Positions 60,330 through 64,000 of a stretch of DNA of 64,000 nucleotides are shown here, piece by piece (the first letter of the stretch is position 1; every line of letters begins with the position of its first letter). The DNA lies in the NCBI GenBank assembly GCA_036405895.1, contig DASWWS010000001.1, positions 71,864 through 135,863 of the forward strand, in the 5' to 3' direction. A model generated the notes under the pieces. That model saw only the letters and a list, made by a program, of their open reading frames with translations. It was not told where the DNA came from and made no database searches. Source of the stretch: Minisyncoccota bacterium. Lineage in GTDB: Bacteria > Patescibacteriota > Minisyncoccia > Phycocordibacterales > UBA9973. The position numbers and the translations under genes are program-made.

Positions 60330-60881
60330 TTATTTAAATCTTGTAGGGTGGCACCAGTGGATTTTGTTACCATTCGGAAGCTCTTCCTCAGTTTCATAAC
60401 TGCTGATGTAGTTATAGGTTGATTTCAGTCCCACATCAAGATGTTGGTTTCCTTCGCTGTCGAGGACGATGTTGTGCACGGGGTACTTTTTCCCTTCTTT
60501 TAGTGGAGGACCGATTTCATTTCCCGGCAGAGGAGAAGCATTTACGCAGACAACTTCTTGGTCTATGGTAAACTTTTTTCTGCGAATACCGGTAATAAGT
60601 TCTTGCAAGAGAATGTTTTTAACGTTGTAGTGCGTGATACTATCCTCTCCAGTTTCCCTTTGGGGAAACTGTTCCCAGAGCACCTTCAGTGCAGTCTCCT
60701 GGTCACACCTTACTGCGGCTGCAACTTTTTCATTGTATTCTCTTAGTTCCCGGCGATAGTGGGTCTGAAGAGAATTTTCCTCATCGATGAATCCTGAGTG
60801 AGGAGGAGGGGTTGGCTTGTACAAGCCGGAAACAGCAAATATTTCCTGATTCGGATGTACCAATAATGCTACTGTTCTCAT
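60330..60881 (-). CDS. Hypothetical protein
   Basis: Own TTGACA-16-TAAGGT promoter; C-terminal F..DQEVVCVN...LKEGK.Y.V small beta domain. Confidence 0.6.
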   Translation of the reverse strand: MRTVALLVHPNQEIFAVSGLYKPTPPPHSGFIDEENSLQTHYRRELREYNEKVAAAVRCDQETALKVLWEQFPQRETGEDSITHYNVKNILLQELITGIRRKKFTIDQEVVCVNASPLPGNEIGPPLKEGKKYPVHNIVLDSEGNQHLDVGLKSTYNYISSYETEEELPNGNKIHWCHPTRFK

Positions 60882-60963
60882 ATTCTTCTTTTTAAGGGTT
60901 TAACGATTTTTCCTTACCTTACTCTGAATTAGGGTTTTGTCAATTAATTGCTACAATAATTTT

Positions 60964-61275
60964 ATGCCTATAAAAAGAATTTCCGGTGGTACTGCACATA
61001 CACTCCCGGGCGATTTGCGAAAAGCGCTTTCGTCTTCTGTAAAGGCGCTTTCTGTGTGGGAAGACATAACGCCCTTGGCGCGCAATGAGTGGATCTGTTG
61101 GACGATATCCGTTAAAACCCTTGAAACACGAAAGCACCACGTTGTACGAGCAGTTGAGGAGCTCGCAGACGGGAAGCGCCGTCCGTGCTGCTGGATTGGA
61201 TGCGTGCACCGTACAGACAAGCCAATCAACGCAACACAGAAGTTTATTCTCGGTAAAAAATCTACTAAGAAATAA
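60964..61275 (+). CDS. YdeI/OmpD-associated family protein
   Basis: LPGDLRKAL, W..ITPLARNEWICW...K..ETR, GKRRPCCW.GC.HR. Confidence 0.85.
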   Translation: MPIKRISGGTAHTLPGDLRKALSSSVKALSVWEDITPLARNEWICWTISVKTLETRKHHVVRAVEELADGKRRPCCWIGCVHRTDKPINATQKFILGKKSTKK

Positions 61276-61343
61276 AAGGGAAAGGTGTTCGAACTGAATT
61301 GCAGGAGGTATAATTATATTGTTATAAGTCATAGTATATTTTT

Positions 61344-61793
61344 ATGGAAAAACTACACATGTCAGTCACAATAAACGCACCGCGCGAAAAAGTATGGGAT
61401 ACAATGCTCAGTGTCGATACTTATCCTCAGTGGACCACTGCATTTCACCCGGGGTCATACTATAAAGGTACTTTGGCGCAAGGAGAAAAATTTCTTTTCC
61501 TTGGTCCTGATGAAGAAGGAGGAGAAATGGGGATGGTAAGCCGGGTGGCAGAAATTCGCCCCCATGAGTTCATCTCATTTGAACATCTCGGCATTGTAAA
61601 AAACGGCGTTGAAGATACTGAGAGCGAAGAGGCAAAAAAGTGGGCGCCTGCATTTGAGAATTATACCTTTAATGAAGTAGAGGGTGGCACAGAGGTGGTC
61701 ATTGATCAGGATATAGAATCCGGCTACAAAGCGGAGTTTGAAAAAATGTGGCAAGAAGCGCTAGTGCTTTTGAAAGAGCTTGCGGAGAAATAG
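61344..61793 (+). CDS. SRPBCC (START-like) domain protein
   Basis: INAPREKVW, Y..WT..F.PGS, FISFEHLG, ENYTF, W..AL..LK.LAE. Confidence 0.88.
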   Translation: MEKLHMSVTINAPREKVWDTMLSVDTYPQWTTAFHPGSYYKGTLAQGEKFLFLGPDEEGGEMGMVSRVAEIRPHEFISFEHLGIVKNGVEDTESEEAKKWAPAFENYTFNEVEGGTEVVIDQDIESGYKAEFEKMWQEALVLLKELAEK

Positions 61794-61877
61794 TATTGGC
61801 CAGAATTCCTGGGAATATTGAAAAATAGCAGCTAAAATGCTATAGTTTTCCGGTCATTTGATAATAGAATAGTGTGT

Positions 61878-61949
61878 TCCCCTGTGGCGCAGCGGTAGCG
61901 CAGTTGCCTGTTAAGCAATTGGTCGTAGGTTCGAATCCTACCGGGGGAG
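61878..61949 (+). tRNA. tRNA-Asn (GTT), CCA not encoded
   Basis: TCCCCTG/CGGGGGA acceptor stem, GTTGC-CTGTTAA-GCAAT anticodon arm, GTAGG-TTCGAAT-CCTAC T arm. Confidence 0.96.
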
Positions 61950-62117
61950 CACACTATTTTAGAAATGATAATAAGAAATCGCTGTAATGGCGGTTTTTTA
62001 TTTTGCCATAGGATTCGAACCGTGGTGCCTGTTTTTAAGGAGCAGTGCGACTATAAAAACAGCGCATTTCGACCGAAGGGAGAGGCGAAGAATACCGGGG
62101 GAGCACACTATTTTAGA
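61939..62117 (+). repeat. 25-bp direct repeat of the tRNA-Asn 3' end bracketing a mini-element
   Basis: TACCGGGGGAGCACACTATTTTAGA at 61939-61963 and 62093-62117. Confidence 0.85.
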
Positions 62118-62126
62118 TGATGGCTA

Positions 62127-62156
62127 AACAAAAACACCCGAAAGGGTGTTTTTGTT
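62127..62156. terminator. Bidirectional intrinsic terminator
   Basis: AACAAAAACACCC-gaaa-GGGTGTTTTTGTT. Confidence 0.75.
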
Positions 62157-62158
62157 GT

Positions 62159-62413
62159 TTAGCGTCTTAAAGCAAAATCGCCCTTTTGCACGCTTCGGCC
62201 GGTTGCAGGCGGAGTGTTCCAAAAATCAAAGCGAAACCATCCATATCCTTCAGGCGGGGTAGCGAGGAGCTCACGCGTGCCTGAAGGCGCGTATTCAAAC
62301 GCCCAGTGCCCATACGGTGCCGCTGTAGGTGCGAGCCACTCGCCACGCGCAATATGGGGCACTGCCACCCATACAAACAACACGAGGAATATAATTGCCA
62401 AAACCTTCTCCAT
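62159..62413 (-). CDS. Small hypothetical exported protein
   Basis: N-terminal hydrophobic segment; minus-strand TAGTAT/TATAGC just upstream; ends at a terminator. Confidence 0.5.
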   Translation of the reverse strand: MEKVLAIIFLVLFVWVAVPHIARGEWLAPTAAPYGHWAFEYAPSGTRELLATPPEGYGWFRFDFWNTPPATGRSVQKGDFALRR

Positions 62414-62461
62414 AAGGCTATACTACACTGCATTTTTTACAAATCAATCAATACACTCCAT

Positions 62462-63526
62462 ATGAACACACATCCCCGAAAAACAAAAATTGTCGCTACA
62501 ATCGGCCCTCGCTCTGAAAAACCTGAACGCTTTGCCGAGCTCCTTCATGCAGGTATCAATGTAGCCCGCACAAATATGAGCCATGACGACCAGGCTGTGC
62601 ACCAGGCCCGCATCGATACTATCCGTGAAGTTGCAGCTCAAGAAGGGAAGTCTATCGCCATCCTCCAAGACCTTTCAGGGCCAAAGATTCGCATCGGCGA
62701 CTTTGAAGACGGCTCTATCGAGCTTATCCCGGGGCACGAATTTATTCTCAGCGGTACAAAAGCAAGCGGGAATGCGTACAAAGTGTATTTCAACTATCCA
62801 AACATCGACAGCGACATCAAGCCGGGGCAGTTGCTCATGATTGACGACGGACGTCGAAAGCTTCGCGTAGACAAGGTAGAGAACGGAGATATCTACACCA
62901 CTATTTTGGTAGGAGGTGTTATTAAAAGCCGCCGAGGAGTAAATATTCCGAACGCCTTTCTTTCTATTTCTGCAATCACCGAAAAAGACAAGAGCGATCT
63001 TGAGTTTGGCATCAAGGCCGGAGTTGATTATGTCGCACTTTCATTTGTGCGCACTGCAAAAGACATTGAAGAATTGCGCGAACTAATCAAAAGCCACGGA
63101 GGCAACCAGATGATAATTGCAAAAATTGAAACACCGGAAGCGGTGGAAAAAATCGATGAGATTATTGAAGCGGTTGACGGCATTATGGTTGCCCGAGGCG
63201 ACCTTGCAATTGAAATCGGCCACGCAAAAGTGCCGGCAGTGCAGAAAATGCTCATTCGCAAGTGCAATGCGGCAGGCAAGCCTGTCATCGTTGCAACCCA
63301 AATGCTTGAAAGCATGATCAACGCTCCTGTACCTACCCGGGCTGAAGTATCCGATATCGCTCACTCTGTGTACGACGGAGCGGACGCAGTGATGCTCTCT
63401 GAAGAGAGCGCATTGGGGGAAAATGCACTTGAAGCGGTAACTATCATGGTGGAAACAATTGTTGAGACCGAGCGCGACATGGGTATTGACGCAAGCGCTC
63501 AAAAAGAGTGGAAAAGCCGGGCGTAA
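62462..63526 (+). CDS. pyk: Pyruvate kinase lacking the C-terminal regulatory domain
   Basis: RKTKIVATIGP, DLSGPKIR, IAKIE, DGIMVARGDL, ATQMLESM, PTRAEVSD, DGADAVMLS. Confidence 0.93.
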   Translation: MNTHPRKTKIVATIGPRSEKPERFAELLHAGINVARTNMSHDDQAVHQARIDTIREVAAQEGKSIAILQDLSGPKIRIGDFEDGSIELIPGHEFILSGTKASGNAYKVYFNYPNIDSDIKPGQLLMIDDGRRKLRVDKVENGDIYTTILVGGVIKSRRGVNIPNAFLSISAITEKDKSDLEFGIKAGVDYVALSFVRTAKDIEELRELIKSHGGNQMIIAKIETPEAVEKIDEIIEAVDGIMVARGDLAIEIGHAKVPAVQKMLIRKCNAAGKPVIVATQMLESMINAPVPTRAEVSDIAHSVYDGADAVMLSEESALGENALEAVTIMVETIVETERDMGIDASAQKEWKSRA

Positions 63527-63560
63527 CCCCACCTCTTTAATGGTGGTATACTATAAGAGT

Positions 63561-63917
63561 ATGACCATTTCAATCAAAGCAACAAATATGGAACTGACTG
63601 AGGCGTTGAAAGATTACGCTGAGAAACGGCTCTCAAGCATTGCAAAGTATGGCGCTATAGCAACTGTGGAAGCGGAGCTTGGAAAAAGCACGAACCATCA
63701 CCGAAACGGAGACATCTTTATTGCAAACGTAAATGTGACGACCTCTCTGGGAAAGCTCTATCGTGCAGAAACTGAAAAGGCAGACCTCTATGAAGCAATC
63801 GATATTGTGCGCGACGAATTGGTGCGAGAACTGAAAAGCGCAAAAGGAAAAGAGCACTCGCTCTTTAAGCGCGGAGCACAGCGCGTAAAAAACATGCTCA
63901 AAGGATTTCGCTCCTAG
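63561..63917 (+). CDS. hpf: Ribosome hibernation promoting factor (RaiA/HPF, short)
   Basis: IKATNMELTEALKDYAEKRL, DLYEAID. Confidence 0.9.
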   Translation: MTISIKATNMELTEALKDYAEKRLSSIAKYGAIATVEAELGKSTNHHRNGDIFIANVNVTTSLGKLYRAETEKADLYEAIDIVRDELVRELKSAKGKEHSLFKRGAQRVKNMLKGFRS

Positions 63918-63918
63918 G

Positions 63919-64000
63919 ATGAAACAAAAGGGATTTACTTTAATAGAACTTCTCGTTGTTATTGCGGTAATCGGTATTTTGGCTTCTGTCATTCTGGCAT
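63919..64000 (+). CDS. Type IV pilin-like protein (paralog 5, 3' truncated by window edge)
   Basis: MKQKG/FTLIELLVVIAVIGILASVILA, starting 1 nt after the hpf stop. Confidence 0.88.
   Translation, partial: MKQKGFTLIELLVVIAVIGILASVILA

Overview
This 64-kb window comes from a small-genome bacterium, most likely Patescibacteria/CPR of Parcubacteria (OD1) type. The lineage is inferred from 16S signatures such as GTGCCAGCAGGAGCGGTAA and CCTACGGGTGGCTGCAG, an unlinked 16S gene, many pilins, and shortened SMC, SecA and pyruvate kinase. Housekeeping content includes secD/secF, lemA-htpX, a UvrD-nuclease fusion, gyrB, thrS, rpmF-nusB-rnc-smc, a solo 16S rRNA, nrdB-nrdA, RNase P RNA, secA, dnaE, rnhB, an uppP/rsmE/dedA/GT2-GtrA envelope cluster, pyk, hpf and two tRNAs. 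Six observations stand out. (1) A five-gene surface operon joins a phage-tail-fibre-like S74-chaperone adhesin, a dockerin-like protein, two membrane-anchored cohesin-like proteins and a pilin. (2) Five complete type IV pilin genes are scattered through the window, four of them starting 1-6 nt after the stop codon of unrelated genes. (3) A ~215-nt 16S insertion is built from three covarying hairpins with an identical GTATTTATAT cap. (4) The 16S lacks an anti-Shine-Dalgarno tail, and many genes have leaderless-type promoters. (5) A dispersed family of AGGAC-S-GTCCT palindromes has interchangeable arms. (6) Small structured elements sharing an AGGAGC...CGACTA motif follow both tRNAs. All calls come from reading the sequence only; no searches or folding programs were run.
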